Shown in pieces: positions 27,488 through 36,878 of a DNA stretch of 41,564 nt. The notes below the pieces were generated by a model. The model did not search any database. It saw only the letters and a list, made by a program, of their open reading frames with translations, and was not told where the DNA came from. The position numbers and the translations under genes were made by a program. Positions within the stretch are counted from its first letter, which is position 1. Every line of letters begins with the position of its first letter. The DNA lies in contig JBFWVI010000028.1 of assembly GCA_050246815.1 (NCBI GenBank), positions 1-41,564 on the forward strand, in the 5' to 3' direction. The DNA comes from Bdellovibrionales bacterium (GTDB lineage: Bacteria > Bdellovibrionota > Bdellovibrionia > Bdellovibrionales > UBA1609).

Positions 27488-28980
27488 AAATTGCAGCGCG
27501 CAGAAGTGATTTGGCTCGCTTGCAGGCCCACCAAGTGGCGCAGGCCTTAAACCAAATTGAGCCCTCCTTGCAAATGGAGTTTCAATTCAAAGCGTCGCTG
27601 GGGGATTTGGACCAGGACAGTCCCTTGGTCACGATGGGTGACAAAGGCGTGTTCACTCGGGATTTTCACGCTGATTTGGTGAACGGCATCACGGATTTGG
27701 TGGTGCACTCCTGGAAGGACTTGCCTGTCGAGCCCACCCCAGGCACGCAAGTTGTGGCCACTTTGCCTCGCGCCGATGCTCGGGACTTGCTGCTACTACG
27801 TCGTGATTCGCGCGAAGCTCGCACAATTCGGGTGTTGTCCTCTTCTCCGCGGCGAGCTTATAACTTGTCTTCTTTTCTGCCGACCGTCTGGCCGGTTCCC
27901 GAAGCAAAATTTGTTTTCACTAATGTGCGTGGCAATATCACCACGAGGCTTAAAAAACTTTTACGTGGCGACGGTGAAGCTTTGATCGTGGCGAAGGCCG
28001 CCTTGGATCGCTTGCTTGAAGCCGATGCTGCAGAGTTTGCCGAGGCCCGACGCGATGTGCGGGCTGCTGTTCAGGCTTGCGACTGGATGGTTTTGCCATT
28101 GTCGCGAAACCCTTGTGCTCCGGCTCAAGGGGCTTTGGCGATTGAAATTAAACAGGGGCGCGTGGATCTTATGTCTTTGCTGCAGCGGCTGAATCATGCG
28201 CCGACTTTTCGTGCGGTGCATGCCGAGCGAGACATTCTGGCTCACTATGGCGGCGGCTGCCACCAAAAGATTGGCGTCAGTGCGGATGTTCATGATTTCG
28301 GCACGGTGCTGAGCTTGCAGGGGCGTACCGACGATGGACAGGTGTTGCACCGCTTCGAACTGTCGCGGTCCGCGCATGGGCACGTGAAAAAAGTTGTGTC
28401 GACTTCAGAGTACTTTCCTCATGATCCTAAAAAAACGCTTTGGTTTGAGCGAGTGCCCCTGCCCGAGGATGTTTGGCAAAAAAAAATCAGCGCGGCCGGC
28501 GCGCTTTGGGTGGCGCGGGCCAATGCGCTGCCGACCAACTACCATCCCGCTCAGAATCAATTGGTTTGGACTGCGGGAGTGAGCAGCTGGCAAGCGCTCG
28601 CCAAGCGCGGAATTTGGGTGAATGGCTGCGCAGATGGTTTGGGCGAACACATTCCCACTCGTGTTGAGGCCTTGGCCGGAGTTCCAGTGAAATGGTTGCG
28701 TTTAACCCACCAACTGGCGGCCCAGGGTGATGTCGGGGCGCTAGCTACTTACCAGTTGCGGCCACAAAAAAAAGCGCCCGAGATCTATCATTGCAAAACT
28801 TTTTTTTGGATGAGCGGAAGCTCGTTTAAAAGGGCTTATGAGCTGTTCCCTGATGTGCTTCAAGCGGGTGAACATGCCTGCGGGCCAGGCAAAACGGCCC
28901 AAGTGATTCGCCAAACCTTGGGTCGGGAACCGGCTTTGTTTTTGTCGTGGGAAGAATGGCGACATGCGGTGTTGCCCTGA
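27478..28980 (+). CDS. hemC: Hydroxymethylbilane synthase fused to a degenerate HemD-like C-terminal domain
   Basis: RRSDLA..QA, KGVFT, VHSWKDLP, RGNITTRL and GGGCHQ; the C-terminal ~180 aa contain TAG..S..AL...G, ATY and CGPGKTA. ATG 27478. Confidence 0.9.
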   Translation: MRLKIAARRSDLARLQAHQVAQALNQIEPSLQMEFQFKASLGDLDQDSPLVTMGDKGVFTRDFHADLVNGITDLVVHSWKDLPVEPTPGTQVVATLPRADARDLLLLRRDSREARTIRVLSSSPRRAYNLSSFLPTVWPVPEAKFVFTNVRGNITTRLKKLLRGDGEALIVAKAALDRLLEADAAEFAEARRDVRAAVQACDWMVLPLSRNPCAPAQGALAIEIKQGRVDLMSLLQRLNHAPTFRAVHAERDILAHYGGGCHQKIGVSADVHDFGTVLSLQGRTDDGQVLHRFELSRSAHGHVKKVVSTSEYFPHDPKKTLWFERVPLPEDVWQKKISAAGALWVARANALPTNYHPAQNQLVWTAGVSSWQALAKRGIWVNGCADGLGEHIPTRVEALAGVPVKWLRLTHQLAAQGDVGALATYQLRPQKKAPEIYHCKTFFWMSGSSFKRAYELFPDVLQAGEHACGPGKTAQVIRQTLGREPALFLSWEEWRHAVLP

Positions 28981-29005
28981 CCTCGCGCCTGTGGGAGAAG
29001 AGCCT

Positions 29006-30307
29006 ATGGATCAATTTTTAATGGAAAAATCAAAAGCGTTGTTTGCGCGCTCGCAAAAAGTGGCGCCCGGTGGAGTGCATAGCCCGGTGCGGGCATTTAA
29101 AAGTGTTGGTGGAGAACCTATTTTTTTTAAGAAAGCCGAGGGCGCGTATCTTGAGACGGTCGATGGGCAACGTCTGATCGATTTCTGTCAAAGTTTCGGG
29201 CCCCATCTGCTGGGCCACCGCGATCCCGATGTGGCCAAGGTGGTGCACGAGACAGTCGATATGGCCTGGAGCTTTGGGACTTGTGAACCCTACTCTTTGG
29301 ATTTGGCTGAATGGATGGTCAAGCGGCTTCCTTGGATTGAGAAAGTGCGCTTTACCACGTCAGGCACCGAGGCCGTCATGAGTGCCTTGCGTTTAGCACG
29401 GGCCGCGACCAATCGCCCCAAAATTTTGAAATTCACCGGCTGCTACCATGGGCACGCCGACGCTTTGCTGGTGAAGGCCGGATCGGGTTTGGCCGGGGCC
29501 GCTGCAGCCGATAGTGCGGGTTTGAACCCTTTGCTTTTGGAGCAAACCTTGGTGGTTGACCTAGACAACGAGCGGGCGTTCCGAGAAGTGATGGAAAAAA
29601 ACGGTGACGAAATCGCCGCCGTGATTATCGAACCGCTGCCCGCCAACTACGGCTTGCTGATCCAGCGCCGTGAATTTTTGCACGAAGTGGCTAAAGTGAC
29701 CCAATCCGCAGGTGCGCTTTTGATTTTTGATGAAGTGATTTCTGGTTTTCGAGTGGCTTGCGGCGGAATGGCTGAAGTCACAGGTATTCGCCCAGACCTT
29801 GTGACCTACGGCAAAGTGATAGGCGGCGGATTTCCCGTGGGCGCATACGCCGGACCGGCGAAGCTAATGGATTTGGTCGCGCCCATGGGACCGGTTTATC
29901 AGGCCGGCACCTTGTCGGCGAATCCGGTGGGCATGCGCGCGGGACTTGCGACTTTGCAAAAAGCAGAAAGACTCAATTTGTGGCAAGAGCTTGAACAGCG
30001 CACGATCAAGTGGGCCCGGCAGCTGAGCGAAGACTGCGCTAAAAAAGATTGGCCCTTGGCGGTCAGCGCGATGGGCTCGATTTTTTGGTGGCACGGCCAA
30101 ACTTCGCGCCCCATTCGTTCTTTAAGCGATCTGCCACAGGACCAAAGCGAGACATTTAAAAAATTATTCCATGCGTGCCTAAAGCAGGGTGTGTATCTGG
30201 CGCCCAGCGGTTTTGAGGTCGGTTTTATTTCAAACGCGCACACGATTGAAATTCTAGAGCAGGCCCGGCAAAAAATCTTGAGTGCTTTGGAAGAAGTTTA
30301 TGGTTGA
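29006..30307 (+). CDS. hemL: Glutamate-1-semialdehyde 2,1-aminomutase
   Basis: PGGVHSPVRAF, SGTEAVMSALRLAR, FDEVISGFR, GKVIGGGFPVGA and YQAGTLSANP motifs. Confidence 0.97.
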   Translation: MDQFLMEKSKALFARSQKVAPGGVHSPVRAFKSVGGEPIFFKKAEGAYLETVDGQRLIDFCQSFGPHLLGHRDPDVAKVVHETVDMAWSFGTCEPYSLDLAEWMVKRLPWIEKVRFTTSGTEAVMSALRLARAATNRPKILKFTGCYHGHADALLVKAGSGLAGAAAADSAGLNPLLLEQTLVVDLDNERAFREVMEKNGDEIAAVIIEPLPANYGLLIQRREFLHEVAKVTQSAGALLIFDEVISGFRVACGGMAEVTGIRPDLVTYGKVIGGGFPVGAYAGPAKLMDLVAPMGPVYQAGTLSANPVGMRAGLATLQKAERLNLWQELEQRTIKWARQLSEDCAKKDWPLAVSAMGSIFWWHGQTSRPIRSLSDLPQDQSETFKKLFHACLKQGVYLAPSGFEVGFISNAHTIEILEQARQKILSALEEVYG

Positions 30308-31184
30308 GAACAGCTCACGCCTACGCATCAAGTACTTTGTTGCTGTGGCGTGGCTGCTGTTTACCCTGACTTTTGCCTTGTGGTGGATGTACTTTGGATT
30401 GAAGCAGCTATCGCAGGTGGCCGCTCTTTTGCCCGAGCAGCATGAGTCGCTTGACCGTCATCGACGCATGATGATTTGGGAGGGCAGCGCTTGGATGGTG
30501 TTGCTGATGGGGGGCGGCGCCACCTTGATCGGCTATGTGGCCCGCGAAGCGCGCCGTTCACGTGAACTAAAAGAATTCTTTGCGGCGTTCTCGCATGACA
30601 TCAAAACCTCTTTGGCCAGCTTGCGGTTGCAGGCGGAAAGTCTGCAAGAGGACTTGGCCGGACAAAAGCTTCCAGTTTTGGATCGCTTAGTGAACGACAC
30701 GGTTCGTTTGAATTTGCAGTTGCAGAACTCTTTGTTCTTAAGCAGCCATGAAGACATGAAATTATTTGTCGAAAATATATCGCTTCGCAAAGTGATCGAA
30801 GGCCTCAAGGCCCAGTGGCCACAATTAAAAGTGACCATCAGCCGTGATTGCAATGTGCGGGCAGATCAGCGCGCTTTGGTGAGCGTGCTGGCGAACCTTT
30901 TGCAGAACGCGGTCGTGCACGGTTCGGCCACCGAATTCACTTTTAACGCCGAACAAGCCGCCGAATCTTTCGTCAATATCGACTTTCATGACAATGGACG
31001 TGGTTTTAAAGGTGATGAAAAGCGACTGGCCAAACTATTCTATCGCCACACCGCCGGCAGTGGCAGCGGTGTCGGACTTTACATTAGCCGAGAATTAGTA
31101 AAACGCATGGGCGGGCATTTAAATTTCAAGACCGCCACTTCGGGTTTTGCAGGCCGCTTGCAACTGGAAGGGGAGTTGGTATGA
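30300..31184 (+). CDS. Sensor histidine kinase (Leptospira HemK-like position)
   Basis: Two TM helices with a short periplasmic loop; H-box SHDIKT; N-box NLLQNAVVH; DNGRG; GSGVGL. Confidence 0.93.
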   Translation: MVENSSRLRIKYFVAVAWLLFTLTFALWWMYFGLKQLSQVAALLPEQHESLDRHRRMMIWEGSAWMVLLMGGGATLIGYVAREARRSRELKEFFAAFSHDIKTSLASLRLQAESLQEDLAGQKLPVLDRLVNDTVRLNLQLQNSLFLSSHEDMKLFVENISLRKVIEGLKAQWPQLKVTISRDCNVRADQRALVSVLANLLQNAVVHGSATEFTFNAEQAAESFVNIDFHDNGRGFKGDEKRLAKLFYRHTAGSGSGVGLYISRELVKRMGGHLNFKTATSGFAGRLQLEGELV

Positions 31185-31864
31185 GCCGACGCATCCTTTT
31201 GGTGGAAGATGACCAAGGTCTTGGCGCGACTTTGGCCGAGCGTCTGCAAAAAGCCGGTTACTTGGCGACTTGGGTGGACTCCTTGAGCAAAGCCGAGCAA
31301 GCTTTGCAGGGCGAAGGAGTGGACCTGATCATCTTGGATGTGGGGTTGCCCGATGGCTCGGGCTTTGATTTTGCCCGTCGTTTGCGGTCACGCTTTGCGG
31401 TGCCTTTTATTTTTTGCACGGCGCGTGCCACGGCCGAAGACCGTCTAGAGGGTTACGACATTGGTGCCCTTGAATTTATTCCCAAGCCCTTTCACTTGCG
31501 CGAATTTATGCTTCGGGTGGAGCATGCTTTGGCTAGCCATACGCTTCCGCAAGAATTGCGTTTTGGCGAAGTGGTGATCGACGTGGCCAGCATGAGCATC
31601 AGTCGTGAGGGTGGTCACAAAGAACGTTTTGCAGCCCGCGACTTTCGTTTACTGCAGCTATTGATTGAGCGCTCGCCCCAGGTGATCAGCCGCGATGAAA
31701 TTTTGAATCAATTGTGGGGCGAAGACCGATTCCCATCCACCCGCACCGTCGACAACGCGGTGGTGCGCTTGCGCCAAGCATTGGGCGAAAAAGTGGGTGC
31801 ATACTTAAAATCAGTGCGCAGCGTGGGCTACCAATGGGATACGCAAGGAGGACCGCGTGAATGA
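31181..31864 (+). CDS. OmpR/PhoB-family response regulator (HemR-like)
   Basis: ILLVEDD, LDVGLPDGSG and KPF receiver motifs; winged helix RTVDNAVVRLR...SVRSVGY. Confidence 0.95.
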   Translation: MSRRILLVEDDQGLGATLAERLQKAGYLATWVDSLSKAEQALQGEGVDLIILDVGLPDGSGFDFARRLRSRFAVPFIFCTARATAEDRLEGYDIGALEFIPKPFHLREFMLRVEHALASHTLPQELRFGEVVIDVASMSISREGGHKERFAARDFRLLQLLIERSPQVISRDEILNQLWGEDRFPSTRTVDNAVVRLRQALGEKVGAYLKSVRSVGYQWDTQGGPRE

Positions 31865-32873
31865 ACTTTTTAAACGGGCCTTGAACGGGCAGGACAACCA
31901 GGTGCCGCCGATTTGGTTTATGCGCCAGGCCGGACGCTATCACAAACACTACCAAGATCTGCGCGCCAAACATTCATTCATTGAGCTGTGCAAAAATCCT
32001 GAGCTTGCTGCCGAAGTCACTTGGGGTCCGATTCGGGATTTTGATTTTGATGTCGCCATTTTATTCAGCGACTTGCTTTTTCCGCTAGAAGCTCTGGGGC
32101 TTGGCTTAAGTTATGATCCTGGTCCTAAACTTGGTCGGCAATTGACGATGCAGAATATTCAATCGCTCAAACCCTTGGCCGAAGCGATTCAAGGTGTCGA
32201 ATTCCAACGCGAAGCCATGAAAGCTGCGCGTGAACGTTTACCCAAAAACAAAAGTCTGATTGGTTTTGTGGGTGGGCCTTGGACCCTTTTCACTTACGCG
32301 GTGGAAGGCGAACACAAAGGCTCTTTGACAAAAGCAAAGGCCTCGAAGGATCTTTACCGCGCCTTTAGCGAACATATCGTGCCATTGCTGATTGCCAACA
32401 TTGAATTGCAGCTTGAAGGCGGAGCCGAACTGGTGATGATCTTTGATACGGCCGCCGGTGAATTGTGGCCCCAACAATTTCGTAAATGGGTCGAACCTGA
32501 TCTCAACCGTCTGCTCAGTTTATTTCCGGGGCAATTGGGCTATTATGCCAAAGGCGTTTCGCCCGAGCATTTAGTGGGCATGAAAGACGATGCCCGCTGG
32601 GCGGGCTTTGGCTATGATCATCGTTGGGATTTGGCCACGCTTTTGAAAAATCGGCCCTTTGGTTTTATTCAAGGAAATTTTGATCAAGCCCTTTTGCACT
32701 CAAGTCCAAGTGATTTGAACACTTGGTTTGAGCTGTATTTGAAACCGCTTAAACAGCTGCCGCTCGAACAGAGGCGGGGTTGGGTATGCGGTCTTGGCCA
32801 TGGTGTTTTGCCCGGCACGCCGGAATCATCCGTGAAAAAATTGATCGATTTGGTGCGCAAGGAGTTCGCATGA
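31857..32873 (+). CDS. hemE: Uroporphyrinogen decarboxylase
   Basis: PIWFMRQAGRY, AILFSDLL, IGFVGGPWTL and LGHGVLP motifs. Confidence 0.97.
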   Translation: MNELFKRALNGQDNQVPPIWFMRQAGRYHKHYQDLRAKHSFIELCKNPELAAEVTWGPIRDFDFDVAILFSDLLFPLEALGLGLSYDPGPKLGRQLTMQNIQSLKPLAEAIQGVEFQREAMKAARERLPKNKSLIGFVGGPWTLFTYAVEGEHKGSLTKAKASKDLYRAFSEHIVPLLIANIELQLEGGAELVMIFDTAAGELWPQQFRKWVEPDLNRLLSLFPGQLGYYAKGVSPEHLVGMKDDARWAGFGYDHRWDLATLLKNRPFGFIQGNFDQALLHSSPSDLNTWFELYLKPLKQLPLEQRRGWVCGLGHGVLPGTPESSVKKLIDLVRKEFA

Positions 32874-34222
32874 AGCTCGATAAAGAATTGCTGGCAAAGT
32901 ATGACGTGCCGGTGCCGCGCTACACCAGCTATCCCACCGTGCCATATTGGAGTGATTCACCCAGCACCGATCAATGGATAAGCGCTTTGAAGAAGGCCCT
33001 CACCAAAGACGCCACGTGGTCGATGTATGTGCACATTCCGTTCTGCGAGACGCTATGCACGTTTTGCGGATGCAACACCGTGATCACCAAGGATCACAAG
33101 CGTGAAACCCCTTATGTGCAAGCCATTTTGACCGAACTTGAGCTTTACCGCGAGCGTTGCCCCGAACTTTTTCAAAAACCGATGAAACAAATCCATTTGG
33201 GTGGGGGCACGCCGACATTTTTGGCTGCGCCGGAATTGAAAAGCATGTGCAAGGCCATTTTTGACAAAGTGAAGATTGATGCCGCGCACTTTGAGGGTTC
33301 GGTCGAGGTGGATCCCCGCCGCACTTCGCGCGAGCAACTGAAAGTTTTGCGCGAATTGGGCTTTAGTCGCGTCAGCATGGGAGTGCAGGATTTTGATCCC
33401 GAGGTCCAGCGCTTGGTGAATCGTGTGCAGCCGCTTGAGCAAACCAAGGCGTTGACCGAGGCGTCGCGCGAACTCGGTTACACTTCGGTCAACTATGATC
33501 TGATTTACGGCTTGCCCAAACAAACTATCGAATCCTTCAAGCGAACTGCTGAAGCCACGGTGCAGCTGCGGCCTGACCGTATCGCGCTTTATAGTTTCGC
33601 CCTGGTCCCATGGATTAAACCGCAACAACGGTTGTTCAAGGACAGCGATCTGCCGGTGGGCGCGGACAAACGCGCCCTTTATGAACTGGGTTATGAGATT
33701 TTGACAAACGCAGGCTACATCGAAATTGGCATGGACCACTTTGCATTGCCCGAAGAGGCTTTGGCTCAAGCGGCAAAGCAAGGTCATTTGCATCGTAACT
33801 TCATGGGTTACACCGAACAGCGCACGGACATTTTGTTGGGTCTTGGGGTCAGCTCGATTTCAGAGGCACCAGGCTGTTTTCATCAGAATGAAAAAGTTTT
33901 GCCTGTTTATGAACGTCGTATTCAAGCCCGTGAAATTCCAACCTTACGCGGGCATGTTTTATCAGAGGATGATCGTTTTTATCGCGAGTTGATTTTGAAA
34001 TTCATGACCCAGCTTCAAGTGAAGTTACCAAAACCTGAAATGATTGAAGATGCCAAACAATTTTTGGCGCCGATGATCCAAGATGGTTTGGTGCAGGTGC
34101 AAGGCGACAGTCTAAGTTTGACAGAAGCCGGGCGGCCGTTTTTGCGCAACGCCTGCGTGCTGTTGGATCATCGGATGCGTTTGGCTAAGCCGCAGGCCAA
34201 AGTTTTCTCGCAGGCCATGTAA
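32870..34222 (+). CDS. hemN: Oxygen-independent coproporphyrinogen III oxidase
   Basis: PRYTSYPT, YVHIPFCETLCTFCGC (radical SAM), GGGTPT, IGMDHFA and RNFMGYT motifs; ATG 32870. Confidence 0.97.
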   Translation: MKLDKELLAKYDVPVPRYTSYPTVPYWSDSPSTDQWISALKKALTKDATWSMYVHIPFCETLCTFCGCNTVITKDHKRETPYVQAILTELELYRERCPELFQKPMKQIHLGGGTPTFLAAPELKSMCKAIFDKVKIDAAHFEGSVEVDPRRTSREQLKVLRELGFSRVSMGVQDFDPEVQRLVNRVQPLEQTKALTEASRELGYTSVNYDLIYGLPKQTIESFKRTAEATVQLRPDRIALYSFALVPWIKPQQRLFKDSDLPVGADKRALYELGYEILTNAGYIEIGMDHFALPEEALAQAAKQGHLHRNFMGYTEQRTDILLGLGVSSISEAPGCFHQNEKVLPVYERRIQAREIPTLRGHVLSEDDRFYRELILKFMTQLQVKLPKPEMIEDAKQFLAPMIQDGLVQVQGDSLSLTEAGRPFLRNACVLLDHRMRLAKPQAKVFSQAM

Positions 34223-34234
34223 GGAATTGACCAG

Positions 34235-35452
34235 GTGAAACCCAAGGTCAGCGTCATCGGCGGCGGTTTTTCAGGGCTGGTTACGGCGCGGGCATTGCTG
34301 AGCCGCGGGTTTCAAGTTCAGCTTTTTGAAAAGCAAAATCACTTTGGTGGGATGATTCAGTCCCCCCATCACGAATTGGGTATTTATGAAACCGCGGCCA
34401 ACGGGTTGATGAACGCCCTTGGTGTGCGTGAGCTTTTTGTCGATGCAGGGGTTCCCATGCAGTCGCCGCCGAGGGCTGGGCGGCGTCGCTATATTTACCG
34501 GGATCAGCGCCTTCGCCAATGGCCTTTGAGCTTCATGGAAACCACGCGGCTGATTATTTCTTGGAGCAAATCACGTTTTAGCCGGCGCCATTTGCCTTTG
34601 CCTGAAGAAACCATTGAACAATGGTGCGCACGGGTTTTGACCAAGGAGACCTTTCGTCACCTGGTCGCGCCCGCTTTGCAAGGGATTTACGCCGGCGACA
34701 GTGCCAAGCTCAGTGCGAGTCTTTTGCTGCATCGACTTTTGAGCGGCCCCCGTCACAAGGTGCACCCGCGCGGCACGGTGTTTGCGCCGAAAGGCTTACA
34801 GCAGCTGATGATTGGTTTGGGCCAACATTTACTGCGTCAAGGCGCGGAACTGCATTTGGGCCAAGCCGCCTCGCCCGAAATTTTAAATTCATCTGAGTCT
34901 TTGGTTGTTATCGCCGCTAATGCGCCCGCAGCGGCCAGATTGCTGGAGCCTGGGCAACCCAAGGTGGCGGGCCTGCTAGAACGGATTGAAATGTTGTCGT
35001 TGGTGACGGTGCAGGTCTTCGCGGATCCAAATGATCAAGTGATTGATGGTTTTGGCGCTTTATTCCCGCGCGAGTCTGGAATTCGTAGTCTTGGTGTTTT
35101 GGGGGATCATGTTTTATTTCCCCAGCGCAGTCACCTGACCAGCGAACGTTGGATCTTGGGGGGGGCCACCGATGTTGGTCTTGAGCAAATGAGTGACCAG
35201 CAGATTGTGGACGTCGTCCGTCAAGATCGCGCCCGTTTGGGCGGCGGTAAATCCTGGCAAGGTCAGGTGATCACGCGTTGGCCCCAAGCGCTGCCCCATT
35301 ACACAGTTGAACTTGAACGCGTGCTGAAGCAGATTCAGCTGCCCGACAATATCGCGTTGATTGGCAATTATTTGGGTTCGATTGGCTTGAGTCAGATTTT
35401 ACAGTCCGCCGATCAGTTGGCCCAAAAATGGGAGGCCCGCTTTGGCCGATAA
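34235..35452 (+). CDS. hemY: Protoporphyrinogen oxidase, HemY/HemG FAD-dependent type
   Basis: VIGGGFSGL FAD motif, GIYAGD..LS, W..ALPHY, GNY..IG; located between hemN and hemH. Confidence 0.85.
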   Translation: MKPKVSVIGGGFSGLVTARALLSRGFQVQLFEKQNHFGGMIQSPHHELGIYETAANGLMNALGVRELFVDAGVPMQSPPRAGRRRYIYRDQRLRQWPLSFMETTRLIISWSKSRFSRRHLPLPEETIEQWCARVLTKETFRHLVAPALQGIYAGDSAKLSASLLLHRLLSGPRHKVHPRGTVFAPKGLQQLMIGLGQHLLRQGAELHLGQAASPEILNSSESLVVIAANAPAAARLLEPGQPKVAGLLERIEMLSLVTVQVFADPNDQVIDGFGALFPRESGIRSLGVLGDHVLFPQRSHLTSERWILGGATDVGLEQMSDQQIVDVVRQDRARLGGGKSWQGQVITRWPQALPHYTVELERVLKQIQLPDNIALIGNYLGSIGLSQILQSADQLAQKWEARFGR

Positions 35453-36476
35453 GGTTTTAGTGCTAGTTAATTTGGGTTCGCCGGATCTGCCGACGCCAAA
35501 AGCTGTTGGACGCTATTTGCGCGAATTTTTGATGGATCCACAAGTGATCGACAAACCCTTTTGGCTGCGCGCGCTGTTGGTTTATGGTGTGATCGTGCCG
35601 TTTCGCCGTCGTCGTTCGGCTTTGGCGTACCAAAAAATTTGGACCGAGCAGGGCTCGCCGCTTAAGGTCCACACGGCGGCCCTGGCCAAAGCCATGCAAA
35701 AAGAATTGGGCCCAACTTGGCGAGTCGACTGGGCCATGCGCTACGGGTCTCCCAGTTTGGATAGTTTATTTCAGTTGTTGGCCAGTGAAAAACCCAAAGA
35801 GCTTTTGGTTTTGCCACTCTATCCGCAAGAGGCTAAATCCTCCAGTGGCACAGTGAGACTAGTGGTGCAAAAGTGGGCGGGCCGTTTTCAGGGGCAAGTG
35901 CAAGTGATCGAACCCTTTTTCAGTCAAAAAGAATTCCTAGACGCTTACGCGGCAGTGATCGAACAAAATTGGGCTCGGCAAAGCGGGGATTATCTGCTGT
36001 TCAGTTTTCATGGTTTGCCAGAAAGGCATATGCGCGAAACTGATCCCGGGCCTGGGGGCTGTCTGCAAAGCGCGGGTTGCTGCGAACCGTTGACCGCGCG
36101 CAATCAGCACTGCTACCGCGCCCAATGTTTTGCCACGGCGGCGCAATTGGCGGTGCGTTTAGGTTTGCAAAAAGACCAATGGAGCGTGTCTTTTCAATCT
36201 CGTTTGGGCCGCGAACCTTGGATTCAACCCTTCACGGACGTGGTTTTACCCGAATTGGCGAAGGCTGGAAAGCGGCGAGTGTTCGTCAGTTGCCCCGCCT
36301 TTGTCGCGGACTGTCTTGAGACTGTGGAAGAAATCGGGTTGCGCGCCAAGAGTGAGTATGAAGCCATGGGCGGAGAGTTAACCCTTTTGCCCTCCTTAAA
36401 CAGCTCCGCAGAGTGGGTGAAGCGTTTGGCCTTAGCCTTGCGCGAAGACCGTTGGCCCAAGAGACCCGTCGAATAG
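35442..36476 (+). CDS. hemH: Ferrochelatase
   Basis: LVNLGSP, YLREFLMD, AMRYGSP, LPLYPQ, FSFHGLP, FQSRLG..PW and FVADCLET.EEI motifs. Confidence 0.97.
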   Translation: MADKVLVLVNLGSPDLPTPKAVGRYLREFLMDPQVIDKPFWLRALLVYGVIVPFRRRRSALAYQKIWTEQGSPLKVHTAALAKAMQKELGPTWRVDWAMRYGSPSLDSLFQLLASEKPKELLVLPLYPQEAKSSSGTVRLVVQKWAGRFQGQVQVIEPFFSQKEFLDAYAAVIEQNWARQSGDYLLFSFHGLPERHMRETDPGPGGCLQSAGCCEPLTARNQHCYRAQCFATAAQLAVRLGLQKDQWSVSFQSRLGREPWIQPFTDVVLPELAKAGKRRVFVSCPAFVADCLETVEEIGLRAKSEYEAMGGELTLLPSLNSSAEWVKRLALALREDRWPKRPVE

Positions 36477-36521
36477 ATTCGGCTTGATGGTGTGCCTGAG
36501 CAATGTCAATATCGGCTCTGC

Positions 36522-36860
36522 ATGGCCGCTTATGACCAAGAAGCATTTCACAGTCTGATCGATGGGGATCAAGATCTCTTTGCTGAGCTTTACCAACTTT
36601 ATAGCACCGACTGGCCCCAGTTATTAAAGGGTATCGAAGACGCGCAAAAAGCCGGTCAGGCGCCAGAGGTCGAAAGGTTGGCGCATCGTTTGAAGGGCAT
36701 GACCCGTAATTTTTTCGCCACCAGTACCGCGGATCTTTGTGGTGAAGTCGAAGAGCTTGCCAGGGTCCAGAATCTCAAGGACATTCCGCAACACTTGGGG
36801 CCACTCTACAAATCGCTGCAGCAACTGGATGACGAACTGAGAGAAAACCTGAAGATCTGA
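36522..36860 (+). CDS. Stand-alone Hpt (histidine phosphotransfer) protein
   Basis: All-helical 112 aa with LAHRLKG motif; own sigma70-like promoter TTGATG-N17-CAATAT (36484-36512). Confidence 0.9.
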   Translation: MAAYDQEAFHSLIDGDQDLFAELYQLYSTDWPQLLKGIEDAQKAGQAPEVERLAHRLKGMTRNFFATSTADLCGEVEELARVQNLKDIPQHLGPLYKSLQQLDDELRENLKI

Positions 36861-36878
36861 TTGGGCGCGAGGCTGGGC

